A DNA stretch of 64,000 nucleotides, taken from Desulfotignum sp. GTDB lineage: Bacteria; Desulfobacterota; Desulfobacteria; Desulfobacterales; Desulfobacteraceae. A program made the position numbers and the translations under genes. The notes below the pieces were generated by a model. It did no database searches, was not told the origin of the DNA, and worked only from the letters and a program-made list of their open reading frames with translations. Positions 54,909 to 64,000 of this stretch are shown piece by piece. Location of the stretch: contig JAZBPL010000036.1 of assembly GCA_036351635.1 (NCBI GenBank), forward strand, positions 14,928 to 78,927. Reading direction: 5' to 3'. Position 1 is the first letter of the stretch; each line of letters opens with the position of its first letter.

Positions 54909-56123
54909 TCAGCTGAACTTGTCGTAAAAAATCATGTCATCCTCCACCCCCAGCTCATAGAGGGAATCAATGACCGCATCGATCATGGGCGGGGGGCCGC
55001 ACAGGTAGTATTCTATTTCCGTGGGATCTTCATGGTCATTGAGATAGGAATCGATCAAATGGGTGTGGACAAACCCGGTGAGCCCGGTCCAGTTGTCTTC
55101 TTTTTCCGGGCTGGAAAGGGCCACATGATAGGTGAAATTATCGTACCGTTCTGCCAGGTCCGTGAACTCCTCATGGTAAAACATCTCCTTGACAGACCGT
55201 GCCCCGTACCAGAAGGAGATCTTGCGCCCGCTGTTGATGCCTTCCAGCTGGTGAAGTATATGGCTGCGCAACGGCGCCATGCCTGCCCCGCCGCCGATAA
55301 AGCACATCTCTTTGTCCGTGTCTTTGGCCATGAAATCGCCGTAGGGACCGCTGATTTTTATCTTGTCCCCGGGTTTGAGCCCGAATATGAAGGAGGACCC
55401 GAATCCAGGTGGAATGCTTTCCGTCCCCGGTGGCGGGGTGGCGATGCGCACATTGAGTTTGACAATATCTTTTTCATGGGGGGGATTGGCCATGGAATAG
55501 GCCCGGAAACCCGGTTTAATCCCTTTGGCGGCAAGAGAAAACAAATTGTATTTTTTCCATTCACTCACATACTTGCTGTCAATGTGAAAGTCCTTGAAGG
55601 TCAGCTCGTATTCCGGCACATCGATCTGGATATAGGCACCGGCTTCAAATGCAATGGGTTCTTCAGGCGCTATTACCAGTTCCTTGATAAAGGTGGAAAC
55701 GTTGTCATTGGACACCACAACAGCGTTGACCTTTTTAATGCCGAAGATGGATTCCGGTACCTGGATGGCCATGTCCTCTTTGACCTTGAGCTGGCAGGAC
55801 AGCCGGATATTCTCCAGTTTTTCTTTTCTGGACAGATGGGCCAGCTCAGTGGGCAGTATGGCACCGCCCCCATCCTTTACTTTGCATTTGCACATGGCAC
55901 AGGAGCCGGAACCACCGCATGCGGATGGCAGAAAAATCTCATTTTGTGCCAGGGCGGACAACAGCGTGGGATTGCCGGAAACCGTGAGGGAATCCTCTTT
56001 GCTGTCGTTGATGGTAATGGTATGGCTGCCCTGGGTGGTGACTTTGGCTTCCACAAATAAAAGGACAAACACAAGGATAATGATCACGCCGGAAAATATC
56101 AACAAACTGATAAGGTAAATCAC
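54909..56123 (-). CDS. nqrF: Na+-translocating NADH:quinone reductase subunit F
   Basis: LPSACGGSGSCAMC, RLSCQ, RAYSMAN, GGGAGMAP.RSHI, EYYLCGPP. Confidence 0.93.
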   Translation of the reverse strand: MIYLISLLIFSGVIIILVFVLLFVEAKVTTQGSHTITINDSKEDSLTVSGNPTLLSALAQNEIFLPSACGGSGSCAMCKCKVKDGGGAILPTELAHLSRKEKLENIRLSCQLKVKEDMAIQVPESIFGIKKVNAVVVSNDNVSTFIKELVIAPEEPIAFEAGAYIQIDVPEYELTFKDFHIDSKYVSEWKKYNLFSLAAKGIKPGFRAYSMANPPHEKDIVKLNVRIATPPPGTESIPPGFGSSFIFGLKPGDKIKISGPYGDFMAKDTDKEMCFIGGGAGMAPLRSHILHQLEGINSGRKISFWYGARSVKEMFYHEEFTDLAERYDNFTYHVALSSPEKEDNWTGLTGFVHTHLIDSYLNDHEDPTEIEYYLCGPPPMIDAVIDSLYELGVEDDMIFYDKFS

Positions 56124-56141
56124 TGCATGCTCCTTGTTATG

Positions 56142-56750
56142 CTAGAGGGTAATACCTGAGAACATCATAAAAGTCATGGCCATGAGCCCGGCAATGATCA
56201 TGATAAAACCAAATCCGTCCAGCCCGGCCGGCACATCTGCATACCGCACTTTTTTGCGGATGGCGGCCATGGACACGATGGCCAGCATCCACCCGGTCCC
56301 GGACCCGGCCCCGAACACCACAGACTCAACAAATGTGTGGTTGCGCTCCACCATGAACAAGGATGTTCCCAGAATGGCGCAGTTTACGGCAATCAGGGGC
56401 AAAAACACCCCCAGGCTGGCGTAAAGCAACGGAGAATACCGGTCAATGACCATTTCCACTGCCTGAACAATGGCGGCAATTACCGCAATAAAGGTGATGA
56501 ATTTTAAAAAACTCAAATCCATTTCCGGAAACCCGGCCCAGGAAAGCGCTCCGGGGGCCAGCAGTCCGTGGTATATCAGCCAGTTCACAGGGCTGGTAAC
56601 CGTCAGAACAAAGATGACGGCAAACCCCAGACCGGTTGCGGTTTCAATGGTTTTGGATACAGCAATAAACGAACATATGCCTAAGAAATAGGCCAGCAGG
56701 ATATTGCCTATGAAAACGGAATTGACAAACAGACTCAGCAGATCGCCCAT
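56142..56750 (-). CDS. nqrE: Na+-NQR subunit E
   Basis: [29 protein letters not shown]. Confidence 0.92.
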   Translation of the reverse strand: MGDLLSLFVNSVFIGNILLAYFLGICSFIAVSKTIETATGLGFAVIFVLTVTSPVNWLIYHGLLAPGALSWAGFPEMDLSFLKFITFIAVIAAIVQAVEMVIDRYSPLLYASLGVFLPLIAVNCAILGTSLFMVERNHTFVESVVFGAGSGTGWMLAIVSMAAIRKKVRYADVPAGLDGFGFIMIIAGLMAMTFMMFSGITL

Positions 56751-56759
56751 GGCAGCTCC

Positions 56760-57392
56760 TTATTTTTTTTCATGGGATACGCCGGGCAGGCTGTTCTTGA
56801 GCCACACCAGTAACCCGATAATGAAAAATGCCCCGGGCGCCAGCACCATGATGCCCATGTCCTGGAATCCCATATCATACAAAAATTGCGGGATAACCGA
56901 AAATCCGAAAAACTGTCCGGATCCCAGCAGTTCCCGCAAAAACGCCACAGCCACCAGGATCATGCTGTACCCCAGGCCGTTGGCAATCCCGTCCACAAAG
57001 GAATCAGCCGGATTGTTGGCCATGGCAAATGCCTCGGCCCTGCCCAGTATAATGCAGTTGGTGATGATCAGACCCACAAAAATGGACAGCTGCTTGGAGA
57101 TGTCATACAAAAAGGCTTTGAGTATCTGGTCGGTGACAATCACCAGGGAGGCGATGACGGTCAGTTCCACAATGATCCGGATATTGGAGGGGATCCAGTT
57201 GCGCAAAGAAGAGATGATCAGGCCGGAAAATCCGGCCACCAGTGTCAGGGCAATGCTCATGACAAGGGCGGTGGACATTTTGACGGTGACCGCTAGGGCC
57301 GAACAAATGCCCAGCACCTGGTAGGCAACGGGATTCTCCCTCCAGACGCCCTTGATCAATATTTCCTTATAATGGGACAGATCAGTGTGCAT
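56760..57392 (-). CDS. nqrD: Na+-NQR subunit D
   Basis: NP...QVLGICSALAVT, FVGLIITNCI..GRAEAFA. Confidence 0.92.
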   Translation of the reverse strand: MHTDLSHYKEILIKGVWRENPVAYQVLGICSALAVTVKMSTALVMSIALTLVAGFSGLIISSLRNWIPSNIRIIVELTVIASLVIVTDQILKAFLYDISKQLSIFVGLIITNCIILGRAEAFAMANNPADSFVDGIANGLGYSMILVAVAFLRELLGSGQFFGFSVIPQFLYDMGFQDMGIMVLAPGAFFIIGLLVWLKNSLPGVSHEKK

Positions 57393-57403
57393 GCAAAATA
57401 TCC

Positions 57404-58147
57404 TTATTCATCCAGTATGGTTTCTAAATGTGTCTGGCTTCCTTTTTTCTGGCGGAAAATAACGGAAACCGATTCATATTTTGTCAGGGTTTCTTCCAGT
57501 CCCTCACTCAGGTATCTGCCGGTGAGTGTGGCACCGGAAATACCGTCCACATAGTGGTCCTGGAGTTTATCCGGCAGGTTTTCCACCCTGCCCTTGGCAA
57601 TCCCTACGGAAACCAGCTGGTTGCTGGCATTCAGTATCTTTTTGCCCTTGAAATTGTCCTGGAACCAGTTACTTTCAATCTCTCCGCCCAGGCCCGGGGT
57701 TTCTGAATGGCTGTATACGGAAAATCCGGCAACGGTTTCCCCATCCTGCTCGAATGCCAGATATCCATGGATTTTGCCCCACAGTCCCCGGGTGCTGATG
57801 GGAACAATATACCCCTCCACCCTCTGGCCGGTGTGGATCAGATAGAGTTGCAGGCTGTTGCCGGCAGGGGTTTCCACGATTCTGCCCCGGGCGTCCACAT
57901 GGACTTCCCGGATATGGGTATCATATATCTGCCTGATATCTTCAGGTGATGGTTTTTTGTCTTCAGGCACGAGGCCGGCGGCTTCCAGCAGGTTGGTTTT
58001 CTTGTCCAGGGCCATGTTTTCCAGCTGCCGGCCTTTGAGCATGGTGGCGGCGGAGGTGATCAGCACACTGAAGACCAGGGCGGTCACCAGGGCAAACAAA
58101 ACCACATATATCCGGCTTTTCTTAAATGATCTTTTTTTGTCAGACAT
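57404..58147 (-). CDS. nqrC: Na+-NQR subunit C
   Basis: GLWG.I.G, ETPGLGGEI, VDGISGATLT (FMN-Thr site). Confidence 0.9.
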   Translation of the reverse strand: MSDKKRSFKKSRIYVVLFALVTALVFSVLITSAATMLKGRQLENMALDKKTNLLEAAGLVPEDKKPSPEDIRQIYDTHIREVHVDARGRIVETPAGNSLQLYLIHTGQRVEGYIVPISTRGLWGKIHGYLAFEQDGETVAGFSVYSHSETPGLGGEIESNWFQDNFKGKKILNASNQLVSVGIAKGRVENLPDKLQDHYVDGISGATLTGRYLSEGLEETLTKYESVSVIFRQKKGSQTHLETILDE

Positions 58148-59300
58148 TGGGTATCCTCTTTGAAATTCTGTGTTTCAGGACCAAATGGTCTAAAAGAGGG
58201 GCAAACACATTCATGAACAGTATGGCCAGCATCACACCTTCGGCAAACGCCGGGTTGGCCACCCGGAGGATCACGGTGAGAAATCCGATGAGAAACCCGA
58301 AAACCCACCGGCCGGGGTTGGTGCCGGGCGCTGATACCGGGTCTGTGGCCATAAAGGAAATACCAAATAAAAATCCGCCGGCACACAGATGATACAAAGG
58401 ACCTGCATCAGCCCAGGTGCCTCTGGTGCCGGGCAGAAAATAAAAGAGTACAGCGGTGATGACAAGGCCGGCAATGCCGCCCAGGATGATCCGATAATTG
58501 CCGATGCGGGTGACCATGAGAAACACCGCTCCGATCAGACAGCAAAGGGCCGAAGTTTCTCCGATGCTGCCCGGCACAAATCCGAAAAACAGGTTGGACA
58601 GGGAAAATCCCTGGTCTGACAAGGTTGAAAACAGGCTGGATCCGCCTTCTGCATTTACTGCAAGTGCGGTGGCGCCGGTGATGCCGTCCACCGCATCTGC
58701 GCCTGCCACCCAGATGTTGCCGGACATGCTTACCGGATAGGAAAAAAACACAAATGCCCGGGCCGTCAATGCCGGGTTCAAAATGTTTCTGCCGGTGCCG
58801 CCGAAGATCTCCTTGCCGATAACCACGCCAAAGGAGATTCCCATTGCCACCTGCCACAAAGGAATGGTGGGGGGCAGGGTCAAAGGAAACAGCAGGCCTG
58901 TGACCAGGAATCCTTCACTGATGGGATGGCGCCGGATGGCGGCAAACAGGATTTCCCAGAAAAACCCCACCCCGTAGGAAACAATGATGATGGGCATCAC
59001 CACCCATGCGCCGGACAGAAAAGATGTCCAGAAATCCAGGGTTTCACCCCTTGCCACACCGGACTGGTATCCGGTGTTGTACATGCCGAAGAACAGCACC
59101 GGCAGCAGGGAGATGATAACAATACTCATATACCGTTTCAGATCCAGGTGGTCCCGGATGAACGGTCCCAGCTTATTTTTAGAAGAAGGCAGAAAGAAAA
59201 AGGTCTTTGTGGCATCGAACAGCGGCCCCAGCTTGGCAAATTTTCCGGCATCACTGAAATCATATTCCAGCAGTTCGAATATCTTTTTGATGGGATTCAT
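58140..59300 (-). CDS. nqrB: Na+-NQR subunit B
   Basis: RD..DLKRYM, KEIFGGTGRN.LNPAL, DGITGATAL, GSIGETS, FMATDPVS. Confidence 0.92.
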   Translation of the reverse strand: MNPIKKIFELLEYDFSDAGKFAKLGPLFDATKTFFFLPSSKNKLGPFIRDHLDLKRYMSIVIISLLPVLFFGMYNTGYQSGVARGETLDFWTSFLSGAWVVMPIIIVSYGVGFFWEILFAAIRRHPISEGFLVTGLLFPLTLPPTIPLWQVAMGISFGVVIGKEIFGGTGRNILNPALTARAFVFFSYPVSMSGNIWVAGADAVDGITGATALAVNAEGGSSLFSTLSDQGFSLSNLFFGFVPGSIGETSALCCLIGAVFLMVTRIGNYRIILGGIAGLVITAVLFYFLPGTRGTWADAGPLYHLCAGGFLFGISFMATDPVSAPGTNPGRWVFGFLIGFLTVILRVANPAFAEGVMLAILFMNVFAPLLDHLVLKHRISKRIPNV

Positions 59301-59312
59301 GATGTTGTACCG

Positions 59313-60644
59313 TTATCCTTGTTTGTCCTTGTGATGGGCATCCATACCCGAAGACAGAATCCGGGTCAGTTCAATTTTGGACGGGCAGGTGAAAGAACAC
59401 AGTCCACACCGGCTGCAGTCCAGAAGACCCAGCTCCAGGGCTTCTTCAATGTCGTCGCTCACCAGGGCCTTCATGATGAAATTGGGCATCAGGTCAACGG
59501 GGCAGATGTTTTCACAATAACTGCAGTTGATGCAGGCCCTTTCTTCACCGTGCATGGTGCAGTCCATCTGCACTTTTTTGTCCAGAAGGCAGGACAGAAA
59601 TGCTTTGGATACTGTGGGTTTGTCCAGTCCCGGCCGCAGAAAGCCGAACATCTCATCTCCCGGTGTATCCGGGATGATATTCAATGTGTTCTCAAAAAAC
59701 CCCAGGTGGGCATCCGGATTTTTTATCCGGCCGTTGAGCTGGCCTGTGGTGATGAGGCTGCCAGGGGGGTAATTACCTGCCAAAAGGTGGACAGGTGAGC
59801 CCTGTCTGGTGATCAGGTGGGGCTTTTTATCCATGCCCTTGGTCACCGTGACCATGGTATTAACAGGATATCGGCCTGTTTCCAGAAATTGGGCCATGCG
59901 CACAAGGCCTTCGGCACCTATATACCATGCTGCGTTCTCTTTTGCCTCTTTTTTGATGTGGTATAAGATCGTCCCTGGGTCCCAGGCAGGATAGATATCC
60001 GGTACCTGGAGGGTTATCAGGTGCTTTACCGGTGCCAGCAGGGCGAGAGACTCTGCCCGGGCCGCCACAATCACCCGCTCAGAAAAACGGTTGAGTACGG
60101 ACAGTCCGAACTCAAACTGCCGGATCTTGTCCTGGAGTACCAGGCCTGGATGGGGGGAGAAGATGTCATTGCCGTTGAGGCAGACAATTATCAGAGGCGG
60201 GGCTGCTGCACTGTCTGCTGTATCCCTGGCAGGCAGCTGCCGCAGGGTCTGCCAAAGCCCCCCCTGTTTGAGATGGTCTGCAAGTTTTCGGGGTGATATC
60301 TGTGACAGGTCTTTGGCGGACACCGGATCAAACTGGACAAATTCATCCATGGCATCAAGGGTGATGACCACTTCCAGCAGGCGCCGGCGACGACCGAACA
60401 CAATTTTTTTTATCGTACCGGTGCCAGGAGACACATACTGGATGCTGGTGTCCCGCTTGTCACAGAACAGTGGTGTGCCGGTATTGACCCGATCCTTTTC
60501 CTTTACCAGGAGTTTGGGGCGGATATGGGGAATATCCAGGGCGGATACACCCACCGTGTCAGGTCTGGGAAGTTGTATCACACTGGTGTCCGGCATCCCG
60601 GAAAGTTTCAGTGTAAATCCTTTGGAAAGGTTTATTTTTTCCAT
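59313..60644 (-). CDS. nqrA: Na+-NQR subunit A retaining two [4Fe-4S] motifs (RnfC-like C-terminus)
   Basis: KG..LKL.G.P, PKLLVKE.DRV..G.PLF.DK, SP..G, YPA; CINCSYCENICP and CSRCGLCSFTCPSKI. Confidence 0.85.
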   Translation of the reverse strand: MEKINLSKGFTLKLSGMPDTSVIQLPRPDTVGVSALDIPHIRPKLLVKEKDRVNTGTPLFCDKRDTSIQYVSPGTGTIKKIVFGRRRRLLEVVITLDAMDEFVQFDPVSAKDLSQISPRKLADHLKQGGLWQTLRQLPARDTADSAAAPPLIIVCLNGNDIFSPHPGLVLQDKIRQFEFGLSVLNRFSERVIVAARAESLALLAPVKHLITLQVPDIYPAWDPGTILYHIKKEAKENAAWYIGAEGLVRMAQFLETGRYPVNTMVTVTKGMDKKPHLITRQGSPVHLLAGNYPPGSLITTGQLNGRIKNPDAHLGFFENTLNIIPDTPGDEMFGFLRPGLDKPTVSKAFLSCLLDKKVQMDCTMHGEERACINCSYCENICPVDLMPNFIMKALVSDDIEEALELGLLDCSRCGLCSFTCPSKIELTRILSSGMDAHHKDKQG

Positions 60645-60882
60645 ATGAATCATTATTTCCGTGTTTATGCAGTTGATTCTGCCTTTTTCTCCTGAAAGGG
60701 CCTGGCAGAAAACACAGTCTACCAAATCTTTTTTGAATATCAACACAAAAAATTTTATTTACCTTACCACAAAGGGTTTGGGCCAGCAATGGGTGTTTTT
60801 TCATCTTGATTTTTCGGTCCAGGTTTTATAGAAGAAAATCTCAGTGCTTGAAAAACCGGATAACAAGGATTTGGTGAAACCA

Positions 60883-61266
60883 ATGAATCAAACCACGGTG
60901 GACAACATCTTTACCAGGGAATTCTGCGATGAACTTTTGCCTCCGGAAACCAGTGACCGATTTTTTGAGGCCCTGTACGGAGATGTGTCAGAAGGTGCTT
61001 ACGATATCATGCTGGAATGCATTTCCATCAAGCCTGACAGGATAGTACTGGCATTCAACCTTACCCAGCGCCCGGGCAAATGCCTGGTGTGCAGCCTGAC
61101 CTATGGACTGCCCAATGTGTTTGCCCGCCATCCCCTCATCAACATTACAGGCATTATCCAAAAAATTCAGGAGGCAGGGGTGCCGGTAAAGGAATGGCGC
61201 CTGGGCCAGACCAGTGAAAACAGCAGCACCCTGCATGTGATTCCCCTGTATATTGACCTGGCATAA
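60883..61266 (+). CDS. Conserved hypothetical protein with a CxxC motif
   Basis: FFEALYGD..EGAYDI, RPGKCLVCSLTYGLP.VF.RHP. Confidence 0.65.
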   Translation: MNQTTVDNIFTREFCDELLPPETSDRFFEALYGDVSEGAYDIMLECISIKPDRIVLAFNLTQRPGKCLVCSLTYGLPNVFARHPLINITGIIQKIQEAGVPVKEWRLGQTSENSSTLHVIPLYIDLA

Positions 61267-61282
61267 TGGCAGGATGCATTAA

Positions 61283-61311
61283 AAAGCCGGACTGACAGGC
61301 AGTCCGGCTTT
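61283..61311. terminator. Bidirectional intrinsic terminator
   Basis: AAAGCCGGACTG-acagg-CAGTCCGGCTTT between convergent genes. Confidence 0.75.
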
Positions 61312-61318
61312 CAGGCGC

Positions 61319-61849
61319 TTATGCTTTGGGCAGCTTGGGAAAGCCTTTGTTCAGGGTTTTGTTCCACTCATCCAGTCTGGGTTTTACCTTTTTAAAAAGG
61401 GCGCCGACATTGCCCTGGATGGTAATACTTTCGATGGTATCCCCCTGGGCGATGCTGTTGACTACCTGCTGGTCTGATTCTCCTTCAACCGCACCAAACA
61501 CCGTGTGCATGCCGTCCAGATGGGGGGTGGGCCCGTGGGTGATGAAAAACTGGGAGCCGTTGGTGCCGGGACCGGCATTGGCCATGGACAAAATTCCCGG
61601 CCTGTCATGCTTCAGGTCTTTTTTGCACTCATCTTCAAAATTGTATCCAGGACCGCCCACGCCAGTGCCATACGGGCATCCTCCCTGGACCATGAAATCA
61701 TTGATTACCCGGTGAAATTTGAGTCCATTATAGTATTGTCTTTTGGCAAGATTGGCAAAATTGCCGCAGGTGACAGGGGTTTTTTCGGCAAATAATTTCA
61801 GGCGGATGGTTCCTTTGCTGGTTTCCATGACAGCAGTTAAATCAGGCAT
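61319..61849 (-). CDS. Cyclophilin-type peptidyl-prolyl cis-trans isomerase
   Basis: [40 protein letters not shown]. Confidence 0.95.
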   Translation of the reverse strand: MPDLTAVMETSKGTIRLKLFAEKTPVTCGNFANLAKRQYYNGLKFHRVINDFMVQGGCPYGTGVGGPGYNFEDECKKDLKHDRPGILSMANAGPGTNGSQFFITHGPTPHLDGMHTVFGAVEGESDQQVVNSIAQGDTIESITIQGNVGALFKKVKPRLDEWNKTLNKGFPKLPKA

Positions 61850-61888
61850 GTAAATCTCCTTTACAATAAAAAAACAAAAATATTATCC

Positions 61889-61916
61889 ATCATAAGGGCT
61901 TGTTCAAAATTGTCAA
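61889..61916 (-). promoter_or_regulatory. sigma70 promoter candidate of the cyclophilin gene
   Basis: TTGACA-16 nt-TATGAT. Confidence 0.5.
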
Positions 61917-62031
61917 TGACACACGGGTTGTTTACTTTTTTGCAATCTTTTTTTGCATTGTATGGCAGTTTGATATAAATTGGCTCTGTGATGTGAAAAT
62001 AACAGGTTGCCGAAAAAGGGAAAATCAACCA

Positions 62032-63558
62032 GTGAAAGCACACGAAAAAAAATTCAGGGCCATTATTGAGACTATTGAAGACGGGTATTACGAAGTCGAC
62101 CTGGCTGGCAATTTTGTCTTTTTTAATCAGCCCATGTGCGACATTCTCGGGTATACCAGAGAAGAGCTGGCCGGCATGAACAACAGGGATTTCATGGACG
62201 GCGATAATGCAAAAAAAGTCTTTAAAACCTTTCACCAGGTATATAAAACCGGAAAAGGGCGTAAGGCATTCGACTGGGAGCTTATCAGAAAAAACGGTTC
62301 AGTCTGCCATGTGGACACATCAGTGGCGCTTTTAACCGATGCACAGGGTGACCCCATTGGCTTTCACGGCATCGCCAGGGATGTCAGCGAACAGAAAAAT
62401 CTTGAGATCCGTCTCCAGCAATCCCAGAAAATGGAGGCAATAGGCACCCTTGCTGCGGGGATCGCCCATGATTTCAACAATATACTTTCTGCCATTTTCG
62501 GCTATTCCCAGCTGGCCCAAAACAACCTGGGCAACCCGGAAAGGGCAAAAGAACAGATGGACCAGGTCATGAAAGCGGCACAAAGAGCGGCTGACCTGGT
62601 GCAGCAGGTGCTGACCTTCAGCCGGCAGGCCGAATATATCAAAAAACCCCTGCGGGTCTATCTGCTGGTCAAAGAATCCCTCAAGCTGCTCAGGTCGTCC
62701 ATACCCTCCACCATAGACATCAAAACACAACTTGACTCCAGACAGATGGTGCTGGCAGATCCAGCCAAAATGCACCAGGTGGTAATGCACCTGTGTTTGA
62801 ACGCATATCATGCCATGAAACGGCAGGGCGGCACTTTGACCGTATCCCTGACAGATGAGACCGTCACCTGTGAGCGGCACATAAAAGACAGGGTCATCCC
62901 CACGGGGGATTTTCTCAGGCTGGCCGTGTGTGATACCGGCCACGGCATGGATGAAGCCACCCTGGAAAAAGCGTTTGATCCCTACTATTCCACCAGAAAA
63001 ACAGGCGAGAGCAATGGGGGACTGGGCCTGGCCATAGTCCAGGCAATTGTTGATGAACATGACGGGTTTCTGACGGTTCACAGTGCACCCGGCAGAGGCA
63101 CACAGGTTTTGATAGATTTTCCTGTTGCATACCGGGAAGGGCATGGTGATGAAAAACTGAAAAAAAATGAAATTAACGCACTGAACGGTACAGAAACGAT
63201 CATGGTTGTTGATGATGAAAAAGCAATCAGAGAGATCTGCAGGGAATTTTTACAGAACCATGGATATAAGACCTGTTTGTTTGACAACGGCATGGCAGCC
63301 CTGGAAGCCTTTACATCAGATCCCCATGGGGTTGATCTGATTGTCACTGACATGACAATGCCGGGGCTTACAGGAGACAAACTTGCCCAAAAAGTGCTGC
63401 AGATCAGGCCGGATATGCCCATTATCCTGTGGTGCGGCTTCAGTGAAGCTATTTCAGAAGAAACAGCCGTCAGAATGGGTATTAAAAAGTATATGCAAAA
63501 ACCCATAGGCAACCAAGATCTTCTGAAATCCATACGGCAGATTCTTGATGAAATATGA
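62032..63558 (+). CDS. Cytoplasmic hybrid histidine kinase (PAS-HisKA-HATPase-REC)
   Basis: PAS domain (YYEVDLAG..N), AAGIAHDFNN, DTGHG, GLGL, DMTMP. GTG start inferred; the frame is open from 61900. Confidence 0.88.
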   Translation: MKAHEKKFRAIIETIEDGYYEVDLAGNFVFFNQPMCDILGYTREELAGMNNRDFMDGDNAKKVFKTFHQVYKTGKGRKAFDWELIRKNGSVCHVDTSVALLTDAQGDPIGFHGIARDVSEQKNLEIRLQQSQKMEAIGTLAAGIAHDFNNILSAIFGYSQLAQNNLGNPERAKEQMDQVMKAAQRAADLVQQVLTFSRQAEYIKKPLRVYLLVKESLKLLRSSIPSTIDIKTQLDSRQMVLADPAKMHQVVMHLCLNAYHAMKRQGGTLTVSLTDETVTCERHIKDRVIPTGDFLRLAVCDTGHGMDEATLEKAFDPYYSTRKTGESNGGLGLAIVQAIVDEHDGFLTVHSAPGRGTQVLIDFPVAYREGHGDEKLKKNEINALNGTETIMVVDDEKAIREICREFLQNHGYKTCLFDNGMAALEAFTSDPHGVDLIVTDMTMPGLTGDKLAQKVLQIRPDMPIILWCGFSEAISEETAVRMGIKKYMQKPIGNQDLLKSIRQILDEI

Positions 63559-64000
63559 AACCCTCCTGACACCGGCAAGCGAAATCGCCGGCCGTATCCG
63601 TCATCTGAAACTGCATATGGAAAAAACCGGCATGGATGCCGTGTTTCTGACCCATAAGCCGGATATCTATTATTTTTCCGGCACAGCCCAGGATGCTTAT
63701 CTGTATGTGCCTGTGGACAATGATCCATTGCTGTTTGTCAAAAGGTATCTGCCCCGGGCCCGACGGGAAACAGGCATTGCACACGTGGTGCCCGTTGCAT
63801 CCGTCACCCGGATACCGGACCGGATCAAAGCGGTTTATACCACCTGCGCCCGGACCATCGGCCTGGCATTTGATGTGGTGCCGGTGCGTGATTTTCACTT
63901 CCTTCAATCTTTATTTTCCCCGGCAGTTTTTACCGATGCCACCCCCTTGATTACCGGCTGCCGCATGATCAAATCCGACTGGGAGATCAGCCGGATGGCG
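63548..64000 (+). CDS. Xaa-Pro aminopeptidase (M24) family, N-terminal part (3' truncated)
   Basis: Manual translation MKYETLLTPASEIAGRI..DIYYFSGTAQ..PLLFVKR.., ending in R.IKS..EI. Absent from the ORF track because there is no stop in the window. Confidence 0.8.
   Translation, partial: MKYETLLTPASEIAGRIRHLKLHMEKTGMDAVFLTHKPDIYYFSGTAQDAYLYVPVDNDPLLFVKRYLPRARRETGIAHVVPVASVTRIPDRIKAVYTTCARTIGLAFDVVPVRDFHFLQSLFSPAVFTDATPLITGCRMIKSDWEISRMA

Noticed and set aside
1-64000. CRISPR array, tRNA/rRNA, IS element, integrase, prophage or cobalamin riboswitch
   Set aside because: No regularly spaced repeats, RNA gene signatures or mobile-element proteins found by eye. A covariance-model scan would be needed to exclude small RNAs.

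Overview
This is a gene-dense chromosomal window from a strictly anaerobic bacterium. The gene content (Nqr, tungsten AOR, sigma54 systems, deltaproteobacterial porin) suggests a sulfate reducer of the Desulfobacteraceae type; the taxonomy is an inference. I saw no rRNA, tRNA, CRISPR array, transposase or prophage. Main blocks in order: the end of an ABC permease; a Nim/PNPOx-like protein; three VapBC modules; a porin; a ferredoxin-AOR-TetR-betA cluster; tamB with a multi-POTRA Omp85 gene; a sigma54-driven Liv-type ABC transporter plus CoA ligase; several deletion remnants; flavodoxin-DUF1638; a B12 radical SAM enzyme; hybrid histidine kinases; an orphan pstB divergent from a phosphoesterase and Ser/Thr kinase pair; a 12-kb sulfur-redox locus; mscS-iclR; nqrA-F running into pyrD-pyrK-pyrE; a cyclophilin; and the start of an M24 peptidase. 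The best candidate for an undescribed system is the 37.3-49.0 kb locus. It encodes a PhsA/PsrA-like molybdoenzyme with no Tat signal and no membrane anchor, joined to an NADPH-type flavoprotein and Fe-S module. It also has a TauE transporter and a sigma54 two-component system, and both of its promoters carry the same tandem YGCA-N10-TGCR enhancer-like motif. The second candidate is a choline dehydrogenase paired with a tungsten aldehyde:ferredoxin oxidoreductase instead of BetB. All calls come from reading motifs by eye; no database searches were run.
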